64,000 nucleotides of DNA from a bacterium (GCA_037137535.1 JBAXKC010000003.1:1-64000), one strand, 5' to 3'; shown: positions 31,708 through 42,261, counted from the first letter of the stretch. Numbers and translations: made by a program. Notes: a model not told the origin generated them from the letters alone.

Positions 31708-32210
31708 GGCGTTTATTCATCTAAAATTAAAGAACTAAGTCACTAATAAAAATATTTTAAGCATTATTGGATAATTCTCTTTATAAAAGCTATAATTTAT
31801 TATTAATTTGTTTTTTTGAATGAATTTTTTATTTATAACAACCTCGCTAAAATTGTTATCTTCAAAAAAAGACTATTTATCACGAAATTGATACTATGCC
31901 CAGTTAATCTATTGTCAATAATACAAATTTTAAAAAACAATTTTATTTTTTAGATTTATATAAAATCATACAATGAATAACAAATAGTTAGTATTTAAAT
32001 ATAAAAAGTCAAAAAATAACCTTTCTTACAAATTAATTTCATGTTATATTTTTTCTGCAAGCACTAAAGCTCCTAACGCTCAAAAAGTTAGGAGAAATTT
32101 ATTAACAAATAAGAATAATCGATCAAATTATACCCACTTTTTAAATATAAAACATAATATCAAATTAGTCAAGTGCAAATTTGCTCAAATATGTTTTTTG
32201 AAGGAACTCT

Positions 32211-32738
32211 ATGCTTATCATTGAGCTTAAAATAAGAACATTTATTAGCCAGAGAGGAATAACTCTCAGCGAATTGGCAGGAATCCTGAAATATGACGTA
32301 GGATTCCTGCATAATGTTTTAAAAGGAAAAAGATCAATGCCTGAAGCAATGGCAGATAATTTACAAAAGTTATTTCAAATTACTGAAAATGACCTTATAG
32401 GTTGGACAATTGCTGATAAATATACCCTTAATTCTCTAAAAAGCGCACTTGCAGAAAAAGAACTTAATGTAAAATCATCAACTGTTTTTACCGATAAAAT
32501 AAATGGAATCCTAAGGCAAAAGGGGTTCTCAAGAACCGACCTCAGTAAAATCATAAGTTATAGCCAAAGTGCTTTAAATCAAATAATCACAGGAAAAAGA
32601 CCATTGTCGGCTGTTGTAGCAGAGAAACTCTCAACATCATTGGATATTCCTTTACAAGAAATAATAGGCTGGAATTTGGCAGATAAATATTCATTAGAAT
32701 CAATAAAAACAGCTAACGAAGAAAAATCTCGTTTATAA
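32211..32738 (+). CDS. Tandem XRE-family HTH protein
   Basis: Two ~85-aa repeats each with an XRE HTH (GKR) and IGW..ADKY.L.S.K.A tail. Confidence 0.85.
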   Translation: MLIIELKIRTFISQRGITLSELAGILKYDVGFLHNVLKGKRSMPEAMADNLQKLFQITENDLIGWTIADKYTLNSLKSALAEKELNVKSSTVFTDKINGILRQKGFSRTDLSKIISYSQSALNQIITGKRPLSAVVAEKLSTSLDIPLQEIIGWNLADKYSLESIKTANEEKSRL

Positions 32739-33713
32739 ATCAGGATTCAAAAGATAACACCTTGCATAATGATTTAAAGACACGTCATAGCTCGGTGGCG
32801 GATTTCCTTTACAAATATCCATAACATAAGGACATCTTGTATGAAACTTACAACCTGAAGGTGGATTTGACGGGCTGGGTAAGTCTCCTTTAAGGATAAT
32901 TCTTCCTGACGTATTCGCTTTAGGATTAGCTATAGGATTTGAACTAAGCAAAACCTGTGTATATGGATGTTTTGGGTTGTTATAAAGCTCATCACAATCA
33001 GCAAGCTCAACTATTTCACCAAGATACATCACCGCAACCCTTGTACTCACATATTTTACAATACTTAAATCATGCGAAATAAATAAATAAGTAAGTCCGA
33101 GTTCATTTTTTAATTCTTCCATTAAATTGATAATTTGTGCCTGAATACTCACATCTAAAGCACTTACAGGCTCATCAGCCACGATAAACTCGGGATTTAA
33201 TGCCAAAGCTCTAGCAATTACAATCCTTTGTCTTTGCCCGCCTGAAAACTCATGCGGATAACGATTTAATGAGTCTTTTGCAAGCCCTGTCATATCAGCC
33301 AGTTCATTAATTCTATTATTTATATTTTCTTTTGAACGTTCTCCATGAACAATAAAAGGCTCTGATAAAATTTCTTTTATTTTCATTCTGGGGTTAAGGC
33401 TTGAATAGGGATTTTGAAAGACTATTTGCATTCTTTTTCTAAGGTTTTTTTGTTCTTTTTTATCATGAGTTAATATATTTGTGCCACCAAAAAGGACTTC
33501 ACCCGATGTTGCGGGAATAAGACCTAAAACGCATCGACCGGTAGTAGATTTACCACAACCCGATTCCCCGACAAGCCCAAGTGTTTCGCCTTTATTTATA
33601 TCAAAACTTACGTTATTTACAGCATGAATAGCACCGATTTCCCTATTAAAAAAACCTGCTTTTATAGGAAAATCCTTAATTAAATTTTTAACTGATAATA
33701 AAATTTCACTCAT
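32733..33713 (-). CDS. oppF: Oligopeptide ABC transporter ATP-binding subunit (OppF/AppF-like)
   Basis: GESGCGKST, YPHEFSGGQRQR, DEPVSALDVS, HPYT, GCKFHTRCP. Confidence 0.92.
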   Translation of the reverse strand: MSEILLSVKNLIKDFPIKAGFFNREIGAIHAVNNVSFDINKGETLGLVGESGCGKSTTGRCVLGLIPATSGEVLFGGTNILTHDKKEQKNLRKRMQIVFQNPYSSLNPRMKIKEILSEPFIVHGERSKENINNRINELADMTGLAKDSLNRYPHEFSGGQRQRIVIARALALNPEFIVADEPVSALDVSIQAQIINLMEELKNELGLTYLFISHDLSIVKYVSTRVAVMYLGEIVELADCDELYNNPKHPYTQVLLSSNPIANPKANTSGRIILKGDLPSPSNPPSGCKFHTRCPYVMDICKGNPPPSYDVSLNHYARCYLLNPDL

Positions 33714-33920
33714 AATCTTAACTGTTTTAACCTTATTAAAACGTATTAATTTATTATACTACCTTTTCAAGATTTAAATGAGATACAGTTATACTAACTA
33801 TAAAGTAACATATTGGCTATATCACGGTCTAATAAATCATTTTGTTGCAGGTAATAACTTAAACAACAGCCCTTTAATTTAATAAAATCAAAGGGCTAAA
33901 ATTTTTATATAAAAATATTC

Positions 33921-35483
33921 TTATACTTTTTGTTCTGCTTTAGTTAAGTTATTAATAATATTTAATCCGTTAAAAATAGCTTTAACGTTTGCTTTAGCAG
34001 TACTAGGGTCTTTCCCTCTACACGTTACGGCATCGCCTGCAGGGTTTAAAAGCTGAATAACCGTTGCTGCTTCAGCTGAAACACCTTTTGTTTCTTCGGC
34101 AAGGGCAATTTGCTCATAATGAAGAAGTTTTTGAGGAAAGCCGACATCCGCAAGAGCATTAAGGCAAGATTCAAGAGGGCCTTCACCATGTCCGTTAACG
34201 TCATATTCTTTTGAATTGTAATTAAATATAAGGCGATATTCTTCTCTTGCTTCGTTATTAAGCCTTTTAAATCCGATAAGTTTAAACGGCCCTTCAACAT
34301 TATATAAATTATCAAAATAAATATTAATAATTTCTTCGATTGAAAGTTCACCAAGTTTTTCTGATTTTTCTTTTGCTGCTGGAAGAAGCCTTATTGCTTC
34401 TTCAACAGTTATAGGATAGCCTGCTTTTCTAATAATTTCATAGAGAGCCGTTTTACCTGATTGACTTGTAAAACCTAAATGCTCATCATCATCTCGACCT
34501 ATTAGTGACGGATGAATCGGTCTATAAGCACCTTTTTCCATGTTTTTAGTCTTAGACACACCGTCCTGATGAATTCCACTTCTATGAGCAAGTGCATCAG
34601 GTCCGACTAACGGGCTTTTTTCATATACGGGAATAGCCGACATTTCAGCAACAGTCAACGCTGTTTCGTAAATTTTTGAAAAATCTAAAGGAACATTTAC
34701 TCCGCTGTTATGTAAACTTGTTGCAACTTCAAAAATATTAGTATTTCCAGCTCTTTCTCCAAGTCCATTCAAGCAGACTTCAAGCTGAGTTGCTCCTCCA
34801 AAAAAGCTTTCAACTGTTGTAGCGGTTGCCATTCCAAGATCATTATGACAATGAACGGCAATCATTACATTTTTTGGAATTGCATTATAAACTTCTTCTA
34901 CCATTTTCACAAAGGCCATAGGTCTTGTTCTTTCAACGGTATTAGGAAGATTTAAAACAGTAGCTCCTGCCGCTACAATCTCTTGAAGAGAGTCAATGAC
35001 AAAAGAAAGATTTTCTCCACAATCACCGAAGTGTTCAACCGAAAATTGAACTTCTCCACGTTCTCCCATAAGTGATTTAGCGAATTTTACAGCATCTACT
35101 GCAATTTTTCTTATATCTTTGGGATCTTTTCTAAGCACATGCTCCATATTAAAAGGACTCATCGCTATAAAAGTATGAATTCTAGGCTTTGGCGCTAACT
35201 TAATAGCTTCTGCAACTTTTATAATATCTTTTTCAACTGCTCTTGCTAGTCCTGAAATCACAACATTATCAGGTGCTATACCTGCCAGATGCTGACAAGC
35301 CTCAAAATCCATATCACTCGCACCTGAAAAGCCTACTTCAATACCTTGAACACCCAGCTCGAGCAGTTTTCTGAATACTACTTCTTTTTGCCTTGTGTTC
35401 CATGGTCTTTTTAAGGCTTGGTTTCCATCTCTTAATGTAACGTCATAAAAGAAAGGCTGCCTTTGAATAGGACTGTCGCTCAT
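33921..35483 (-). CDS. leuA: 2-isopropylmalate synthase
   Basis: DVTLRDGNQ, HCHNDLG, GLGERAGN, HRSGIHQDG. Confidence 0.88.
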   Translation of the reverse strand: MSDSPIQRQPFFYDVTLRDGNQALKRPWNTRQKEVVFRKLLELGVQGIEVGFSGASDMDFEACQHLAGIAPDNVVISGLARAVEKDIIKVAEAIKLAPKPRIHTFIAMSPFNMEHVLRKDPKDIRKIAVDAVKFAKSLMGERGEVQFSVEHFGDCGENLSFVIDSLQEIVAAGATVLNLPNTVERTRPMAFVKMVEEVYNAIPKNVMIAVHCHNDLGMATATTVESFFGGATQLEVCLNGLGERAGNTNIFEVATSLHNSGVNVPLDFSKIYETALTVAEMSAIPVYEKSPLVGPDALAHRSGIHQDGVSKTKNMEKGAYRPIHPSLIGRDDDEHLGFTSQSGKTALYEIIRKAGYPITVEEAIRLLPAAKEKSEKLGELSIEEIINIYFDNLYNVEGPFKLIGFKRLNNEAREEYRLIFNYNSKEYDVNGHGEGPLESCLNALADVGFPQKLLHYEQIALAEETKGVSAEAATVIQLLNPAGDAVTCRGKDPSTAKANVKAIFNGLNIINNLTKAEQKV

Positions 35484-35562
35484 TGAAAATCTCCATTATA
35501 CTTTTTATGATTTTAAATCATAACACGCAAAAACACTTAATTTCAATATCAATAAATGATTC

Positions 35563-37374
35563 TTAATACAGTTCCATTTTGCATTCTTTGCAATTAAATT
35601 TCAAAGTGTATTCTTTATTGTTTTCATCAATAAGAATCAAATCAGAACTATCGTTGGCTTTATTCTGTTTTGGGCATAAACTAAACTGATATCTCAAGCA
35701 ATGTTTAGTTTCCATAAGTCTTTTATTTTTTAAACAATCCGCAGAATTAGATAAAACTTCTTTTACCTCTGTTCCATGTCTTTCATAAAAGGCTTTTGCG
35801 TATTTATTCATTATATTTGCACTAAAATCAACTTGTTTTTGAGGATATGGATAATCATTTTTTTCTATAGAAAATCTTTCTATTTCGTAATTATTATTTC
35901 TTTCTGCTTCAAGTTTTTCTATTATAGTCCTTCTTATATTATTCAGCTCAGAAACAGGAATAAAAACAATAGAATTCCCTGTTATCTCAATATTATTAGA
36001 ATTAAATGCAGTTTCTCCGAGTTTTGAAAACTGTTTTTTAATATTTTCAATAGATTTCTGCTGATTCTGGGCAGGTTCAAAGTTATTAGGAATTATTTCA
36101 GTTGCTATGTTATTGTCTTCATCAGTTGCGTTAATAATAATATTATTTTTATTTAAATCTATATTAAAATTTATGCTTATTTTTCTGACCGTAATAGCAT
36201 TTTCAACAGTTTTAAGGAATTGATGATCATAGTTTCTGTATATATTCATCCCTCTTTTGATTATTTTAAGATTATTAGGACTTATTTTTTTGCCGTTAAC
36301 CATATTTACTGAAGTCCCGATAAGGTTTTCATATTGATCAAAGAAAGTCAGCCCATCGCCGTTATGTAAAGGCTCTAAGAGTTTATCCAATATAAAACAT
36401 TCTCTTGTTATTTCTTTTACACTTCCAACAAATTCCCCTATATTTTTCGGGCTGTCAAAAGAAGTTATTTTCGGTGTTCTATCATTAAGGAAATAATCAG
36501 TATAGCCTCTGTTAAAAGTTTTATCAGGGTTTGGAGAAAAACTTATAATTGCTTTGCCCGATGAAGTTGGTTTTATTTCCTTATTTTCAGCAATCATATC
36601 AAGCTTTTGTCTGTAATAAGACACTATGTTTTTAACATAATTAAGGTCTTTTAATCTTCCTTCTATTTTAAAGGAGGTTACGCCAGCATCTATTAGTTCT
36701 TCAAGGTTTTTTGAGAGATTCATATCTTTTAAAGACAATAAATGCGTATCTTCTGCTATAATTTTTCCTTTTTTATCAGTTAAAGAATATTTTTTACGGC
36801 AAGGCTGGGCACATTCGCCACGATTTCCGCTTCTTCCGCCAATTGACTGACTTAAATAACATTGTCCGCTGTAACATACGCATAAAGCACCATGAATAAA
36901 GGTTTCAAGTTCTATTTCAGTTTCTTTTTTTATTTTTTCAATTTCGCTTAAGCTCAACTCTCTTGCTAAAATTACCCTTTGAAATCCTGTTTTTTCAAGG
37001 AATTTAACTTTTTCAACAGAAGCATTATGTGTTTGTGTGCTTGCAAAAAGCTTAACAGGTGGCAAATCAAGTTCTAACAATCCCATATCTTGAATTATAA
37101 CTGCGTCAGCTCCGATCTCATACAGTTTTTGTATTAAATTTTGAGCTTTTATAATCTCATCATCGCTAAGAATTGTATTTACCGTTACATATACCTTTGC
37201 ATTATAAAAGTGAGCAAACTTAATAAGAGATTCTATATCTTCTATGGAATTGCCCGCAGCTGATCTTGCTCCAAATTTTGCAGCTCCAATGTATACGGCA
37301 TCTGCTCCGCATTTAATTGCTGTCATCCCATATTCACAGTTTTTTGCAGGTGCTAAAAGTTCTATTTTTTTCAT
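35563..37374 (-). CDS. U32 family protein, long form (RlhA-like)
   Basis: ELLAPA, GADAVYIG, HGALC..YSGQC, NRGECAQPCR, FKIEGR. Confidence 0.9.
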   Translation of the reverse strand: MKKIELLAPAKNCEYGMTAIKCGADAVYIGAAKFGARSAAGNSIEDIESLIKFAHFYNAKVYVTVNTILSDDEIIKAQNLIQKLYEIGADAVIIQDMGLLELDLPPVKLFASTQTHNASVEKVKFLEKTGFQRVILARELSLSEIEKIKKETEIELETFIHGALCVCYSGQCYLSQSIGGRSGNRGECAQPCRKKYSLTDKKGKIIAEDTHLLSLKDMNLSKNLEELIDAGVTSFKIEGRLKDLNYVKNIVSYYRQKLDMIAENKEIKPTSSGKAIISFSPNPDKTFNRGYTDYFLNDRTPKITSFDSPKNIGEFVGSVKEITRECFILDKLLEPLHNGDGLTFFDQYENLIGTSVNMVNGKKISPNNLKIIKRGMNIYRNYDHQFLKTVENAITVRKISINFNIDLNKNNIIINATDEDNNIATEIIPNNFEPAQNQQKSIENIKKQFSKLGETAFNSNNIEITGNSIVFIPVSELNNIRRTIIEKLEAERNNNYEIERFSIEKNDYPYPQKQVDFSANIMNKYAKAFYERHGTEVKEVLSNSADCLKNKRLMETKHCLRYQFSLCPKQNKANDSSDLILIDENNKEYTLKFNCKECKMELY

Positions 37375-37440
37375 TTTTTGCTAAGCTTAATTTAACCTAA
37401 TTCTATTTTACATTAATATTCAATCATAAAACCGTCAAAA

Positions 37441-37458
37441 CTAACATTTTTCTAACAT
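37441..37458 (+). promoter_or_regulatory. Pho-box-like direct repeat
   Basis: CTAACAT at 37441 and 37452 (11-bp period) upstream of phoB. Confidence 0.55.
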
Positions 37459-37502
37459 GTTTATGTGAAATTAATCTTAATATGAAAACTCGGAGAACTT
37501 TA

Positions 37503-38189
37503 ATGCCAAAAGAAAAAATATTTATAGTTGAAGATGAAGAAGATATTCTCGAACTTGTCAGATACAACCTTGCAAAAGAGGGCTACGAGGTAGATGGCGT
37601 AATGTCAGGTGAAGAAGCACTTAAAGTTATAAAACAGAAAATGCCTGATTTAATTATATTAGACCTTATGTTACCTGGTGTTGATGGATTACAGGTTTGT
37701 AAAACAATAAAATCAACGGTTGAAACAAAGCATATCCCTGTTGTAATGCTTACTGCAAAAGGCGAAGAGTCTGATATTGTCATGGGGCTTGAGCTAGGGG
37801 CAGATGATTATGTAACAAAGCCCTTTAGCCCTAAAGTTTTAATGGCAAGAATCAAAACAGTTTTAAGACGAAAAAGCAGTGAAGAAATTGATGAAGAATC
37901 AACGGTAAAAATAGATGAATTAATCATCTATCCAGGGAAACGAGAAGTATTAGTTGAAGGTGAGCCTGTAATCTTAACTTATACAGAATTTCAGGTGTTA
38001 CACTTACTTGCAAGAAGACCGGGATGGGTTTTTACAAGATATCAGATTGTAGGAACAGTACATGGAGAAGAATATGATGTTACCGATCGTTCAGTAGACG
38101 TTTTAATAGTCGGTTTAAGAAAAAAACTGGGTTCTTACGGTTCTTATATTGAAACTGTAAGAGGTGTGGGATATAAATTTAAGGATTAA
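37503..38189 (+). CDS. phoB: OmpR/PhoB-family response regulator
   Basis: DLMLPG, GADDYVTKPFS, RSVDV, IETVRGVGY; ATG 37503 after GGAG (ORF track 37482). Confidence 0.88.
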   Translation: MPKEKIFIVEDEEDILELVRYNLAKEGYEVDGVMSGEEALKVIKQKMPDLIILDLMLPGVDGLQVCKTIKSTVETKHIPVVMLTAKGEESDIVMGLELGADDYVTKPFSPKVLMARIKTVLRRKSSEEIDEESTVKIDELIIYPGKREVLVEGEPVILTYTEFQVLHLLARRPGWVFTRYQIVGTVHGEEYDVTDRSVDVLIVGLRKKLGSYGSYIETVRGVGYKFKD

Positions 38190-38192
38190 AAA

Positions 38193-39965
38193 ATGCACAA
38201 AAAAAGGCTTTTATGGCGTTTATTTCCTTCTTATCTACTTATAACAATGGTTTCTCTTCTCTGTATAACTTTTTATTTTTCAGAATTTCAAAAAAGTTTC
38301 TACCTGAAGAATCTTTCAGATGAGCTTAAAATAAAAGCCTCAATGCTTTCAGAAAGATTTAGTCTGAATTCTGAAAATTCTTCAATACAAGAATCGGTTA
38401 AAAAGATTTCCGCACTTTCCTCAATGAGGATAACTTTTATTGATATAAAAGGAAATGTAGTCGCTGAAAGTTCTAAAATTCATAAAAAATTAGAAAATCA
38501 TCTTAAAAGACCTGAAATTCAATCTGCGATTAAAGGCAAAGTTTTTGTAACTAAAAGGTACAGCCACACAACAGGTCAAGAAATGCTATATGCAGCAGCT
38601 CCTGTAATTAAACAGGGACATATTATCGGTGCAATAAGAGTTTCAATACCTTTAAAGCCTATAAATATCGCATTAATAAACATTTATGAAAATATTGCCG
38701 TAGTTGGGCTATTAATATCAATATTCGCTGCTTTTTTAAGTCATTATGTCAGTAAAAGGCTTAGCAGCCCAATTGAAAAGCTTGAAGAAGGAGCTATGAA
38801 TTTTGCGAAAGGTGAGCTTAATCACAGACTTACAGTTCCGGGATATCGTGAAATAACAGGACTTGCCGAAGCAATGAATCAAATGGCTTCACAGCTTGAC
38901 GAACGTATAAGAATGATAACTGAGCAAAAAAATGAACAGGAAGCAGTATTTTCAAGCATGGTAGAAGGGGTTATTGCCGTAGATATTGATGAATGTATAA
39001 TTCACATGAATCAAGCCGCTGCAAAACTTATAGGAATAAGCGCAGAGGAAGCCGAAGGCTGTAAAATCCATGAAATTATTCAGAATACTGACTTACAATA
39101 CTTGATAGATAAGGCATTAACGGGATTAAAATCAGTAGAAGGCGATATAACGCTTGTTTATAATAATGACAAAAAACATATTCAGGTAAACAGTACAGTA
39201 TGGCGTGATTCGAAAGGCAACAGCATAGGTGCTGTCGTTGTTTTAAATGATGTGACAAGGCTTAGAAAACTTGAAAATATGCGTAAAGAGTTTGTGGCAA
39301 ATGTTTCGCATGAGCTTAAAACACCAATAACTTCAATAAAAGGCTTTGTTGAAACTTTATTAGACGGGGCGATTGATGACAGAGAAGATGCCGAAAGGTT
39401 TTTACATATTATAAAAAAACATGCCGACAGATTAACCGCAATTATTGAGGATTTATTAAGTATTTCCCGATTAGAACAGGAATCAGGAACTGCGGAAATC
39501 TATCTTGAAGAAACAAAAATATGCGAAGTCTTAAAATCAGCCGTTTGTGCTTGTTTACCAAAAGCTGAATCTAAAGGTGTGAATATAAAAATTGAGTGTA
39601 ATTCTGAATTAAGTGCAAATTTAAATAACTCTCTTTTAGAGCAGGCAATAGTTAATCTTATAGACAATGCCATAAAATACAGCGAAACCAAAAAAGATGT
39701 ATTAGTTTCCGTAAATAAACATGAAAATAAACTCTCCGTTGAAGTAAGAGATTACGGAGTCGGTATTCCCGAAGAGCATCTTTCACGTTTATTTGAAAGA
39801 TTTTACAGAGTTGATAAAGCAAGAAGCCGTAAAATGGGGGGAACAGGTCTTGGGCTGTCCATTGTTAAGCATATTGCAGGACTTCATGGTGGAGGTGTTG
39901 ACGTTAAAAGTGAAATAGGCAAAGGAAGTTCATTCTTTATTTATTTGCCTTCAATTCAAAATTAA
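38193..39965 (+). CDS. phoR: PhoR-like HAMP-PAS sensor histidine kinase
   Basis: ENHLKRPEI, FVANVSHELKTP, RFYRVDKARSR..GGTGLGL. Confidence 0.9.
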   Translation: MHKKRLLWRLFPSYLLITMVSLLCITFYFSEFQKSFYLKNLSDELKIKASMLSERFSLNSENSSIQESVKKISALSSMRITFIDIKGNVVAESSKIHKKLENHLKRPEIQSAIKGKVFVTKRYSHTTGQEMLYAAAPVIKQGHIIGAIRVSIPLKPINIALINIYENIAVVGLLISIFAAFLSHYVSKRLSSPIEKLEEGAMNFAKGELNHRLTVPGYREITGLAEAMNQMASQLDERIRMITEQKNEQEAVFSSMVEGVIAVDIDECIIHMNQAAAKLIGISAEEAEGCKIHEIIQNTDLQYLIDKALTGLKSVEGDITLVYNNDKKHIQVNSTVWRDSKGNSIGAVVVLNDVTRLRKLENMRKEFVANVSHELKTPITSIKGFVETLLDGAIDDREDAERFLHIIKKHADRLTAIIEDLLSISRLEQESGTAEIYLEETKICEVLKSAVCACLPKAESKGVNIKIECNSELSANLNNSLLEQAIVNLIDNAIKYSETKKDVLVSVNKHENKLSVEVRDYGVGIPEEHLSRLFERFYRVDKARSRKMGGTGLGLSIVKHIAGLHGGGVDVKSEIGKGSSFFIYLPSIQN

Positions 39966-40426
39966 CAGCCACGAGTTCCTTTTTTCTCATAATATTTTTG
40001 ATGATATTCTTCTGCTCTGTAAAAAGTTTCAGCAGGAATTATTTCAGTAACGATAGGATTTTTATAAATCCCCATGTTTTCTGTTTTTTTCTTGGATTCT
40101 GTAGCTTTTTCTCTTTGTTCTTCACTATGGTAAAAAATAACTGATCTATATTGAGAGCCAACATCAAGACCTTGCATGTTTAAAGTTGTAGGGTCATGAA
40201 TTTGCCAGAAAACATCTAATAAATCATCATAAGAAACTATATTAGGATCAAAAAGAATTTCTACCGCTTCAGCATGTCCTGTTGAATGACTGCATACTTC
40301 TTCATAAGTAGGATTTACTGTATTTCCACCTATATAACCGACAGTAGTTTCTTTTACTCCGTTAATCGAGGAAAATTCAGCTTCTATTCCCCAAAAACAT
40401 CCTGCCGCAAACGTTGCTTTTTCCAT
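39962..40426 (-). CDS. msrA: Peptide methionine sulfoxide reductase A
   Basis: AGCFWG, GHAEAV, HDPT, QYRS, AEEYHQ. Confidence 0.97.
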   Translation of the reverse strand: MEKATFAAGCFWGIEAEFSSINGVKETTVGYIGGNTVNPTYEEVCSHSTGHAEAVEILFDPNIVSYDDLLDVFWQIHDPTTLNMQGLDVGSQYRSVIFYHSEEQREKATESKKKTENMGIYKNPIVTEIIPAETFYRAEEYHQKYYEKKGTRGC

Positions 40427-40460
40427 TTTATTGCTCCTGATTTATTTTTACCAATGAAAA

Positions 40461-40628
40461 TAGCTATGATATTAGTTCATAGCTAGATTAGGGATATGTG
40501 TATCGTCGTCTTCTAAGGAGTATGTTTATATAATACTCGCATAACTAAAGTATGGTATCCTGCAAGCTTATGATTTAGTCTTAGTTGTGTCATCCAACTA
40601 AAGTATGGCTGCATTAAAAGCTATGATT
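40461..40628. repeat. Palindrome-rich intergenic element with internal direct repeat
   Basis: AACTAAAGTATGG at 40543 and 40596; hairpins TAGCTATGA/TCATAGCTA, GAGTAT/ATACTC, TTAGTTG/CAACTAA. Confidence 0.7.
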
Positions 40629-41715
40629 ATTTATTGTTTTGAGTTGTCTTAAAATGCTTCTGGCTACAGCCTTTATATAGATTCCAATATTCAGCAATAG
40701 TATTTTTAAAATTAAAATCCGTAAGTGCTTTTGATTTACAACTTTTTATATGTTGAACTAATCTCGAAGGATTTTCTATAAGGTTATTAACATTTCTGAT
40801 AAGTGAATTAACGTTGTTATGTTCAAAAATGCAACCGCAATCATTCCATAATTCTCTTGACATAGGTGTGTCATTTGCAACAATAGCACATCCGTTCATT
40901 GCTGCTGTAATCTCCTGATGACCGGATGTTTCATACTCTGAAAGAGCTAAATATATAGAACTTTCTTCAAATGCCTTATTCATCTCTTCTTTTGAGGAGA
41001 TAAACTCAACATTTTTTATAGGTTGTATAGGATTATTCATGCCTATTGCTCTAATTTTTACATTTTGAGGGATTTTATAAGATAAATTTTTCAATAAATT
41101 AAGTTTATCTGAATCATGTTCATTTATTTGGGTTAAAATATAAGGTTTTTCGGGTGAACTCAATTCTTTAATTTCGTTAGCACCATTATATATGACGGTT
41201 ATAGGCTTCTTAAATTTATATACTTTTGAAAGAATATCACTTAAAAACCTTGAACCTGTTGTTACGCTTGAGGCTTCGTTTAAAGCATATTCTGCCAATT
41301 TTTTATAAATATCGGTTCTAAAACCTGCCGAATTATTTTTTAGCCACGAAAGTTTTGAGATAAACTCATCTTGCAATGTTAAAATAGAGGGAATATTACT
41401 TTTATCAACGCAAATACCGCTAAAGACTGAAGAATGAATTAAATCAGGATTAAAGTCTTTAATTGATTTTTCAATTTCAGTTTTTATATGTTTAAAATAT
41501 TTTGGATTGCTGTTAAAGGCTTTACTATGTTCAGGGGGTACATCAATATAAATTGATTCAAAATTATTATTGATAGAAGCTTCTTGTGATTTACCTAATA
41601 TAACCAATTTAACTTCGATATTAAAAGCCTTTGCATAATTTGCAATTTCTTTTAACAGTATCAAGCTTTTATCATAAGTGCTTGATACATATAAAATTTT
41701 AAACTTCTGTTCCAT
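40627..41715 (-). CDS. Divergent GT-B (family 4-like) glycosyltransferase
   Basis: PDLIH, VIYNG, S.YE..G....A...GCAIVAND.P..RELW. Confidence 0.75.
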   Translation of the reverse strand: MEQKFKILYVSSTYDKSLILLKEIANYAKAFNIEVKLVILGKSQEASINNNFESIYIDVPPEHSKAFNSNPKYFKHIKTEIEKSIKDFNPDLIHSSVFSGICVDKSNIPSILTLQDEFISKLSWLKNNSAGFRTDIYKKLAEYALNEASSVTTGSRFLSDILSKVYKFKKPITVIYNGANEIKELSSPEKPYILTQINEHDSDKLNLLKNLSYKIPQNVKIRAIGMNNPIQPIKNVEFISSKEEMNKAFEESSIYLALSEYETSGHQEITAAMNGCAIVANDTPMSRELWNDCGCIFEHNNVNSLIRNVNNLIENPSRLVQHIKSCKSKALTDFNFKNTIAEYWNLYKGCSQKHFKTTQNNK

Positions 41716-41851
41716 TTTATCCCCCTTTTAATGACCTTAACAGAACTTAAAATCCATTAAAGTCAGACATAGTATAAAATTAAACATCAATTGCGTTAAT
41801 AACCCGTAAGGTAGTTATAATAACTACAATTGGGTTAATTCGATGACACCC

Positions 41852-41893
41852 TTGACAAGTCGCAAATATTCGTATATTCTTATATTGGAATAT
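41852..41893 (+). promoter_or_regulatory. Sigma70 promoter with overlapping ArsR-type operator
   Basis: TTGACA-17 nt-TATTCT; TATATTC...GAATATA inverted repeat. Confidence 0.7.
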
Positions 41894-41907
41894 AGCGGGA
41901 TGAAAAC

Positions 41908-42198
41908 ATGATGGAAAAAGATTTTTCTTTATTGTCTATAAATTTTGATGACTATGCTGAAAAAATAAAGGCATTGGCTCACCCTACAAGACTTAAAATT
42001 GTAGCGGGTCTTTCCATGAAAAATGAATGTAATGTTACAAAAATGGCAGAATGTCTTAATATCCCTCAGCCGACAGTTTCACAGCATTTGAACATACTAA
42101 AAAATGCAGGAATAATAGAAGGATTTAGGCATGGAAATCAAATCTGCTATAAAGTTGTAGATGATTTTGCAAGACAAGCAGTAAGTTTACTTAAATAA
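41908..42198 (+). CDS. ArsR/SmtB family regulator
   Basis: KALAHPTRLKI, ECNV, QPTVSQHL..LK.AGII. Confidence 0.94.
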   Translation: MMEKDFSLLSINFDDYAEKIKALAHPTRLKIVAGLSMKNECNVTKMAECLNIPQPTVSQHLNILKNAGIIEGFRHGNQICYKVVDDFARQAVSLLK

Positions 42199-42261
42199 GT
42201 ATAGTTTTTTTTGAAAGATATATATAAATATTAGAATATACGAATAAAAGAAGGAGCAAGA

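Noticed and set aside
31659-32210. Integrated element or oriC downstream of tmRNA
   Set aside because: No duplicated ssrA 3' end, no integrase and no DnaA-box cluster seen.
40540-40628. Mini CRISPR array
   Set aside because: Only two degenerate units, short spacer and no cas genes in the window.
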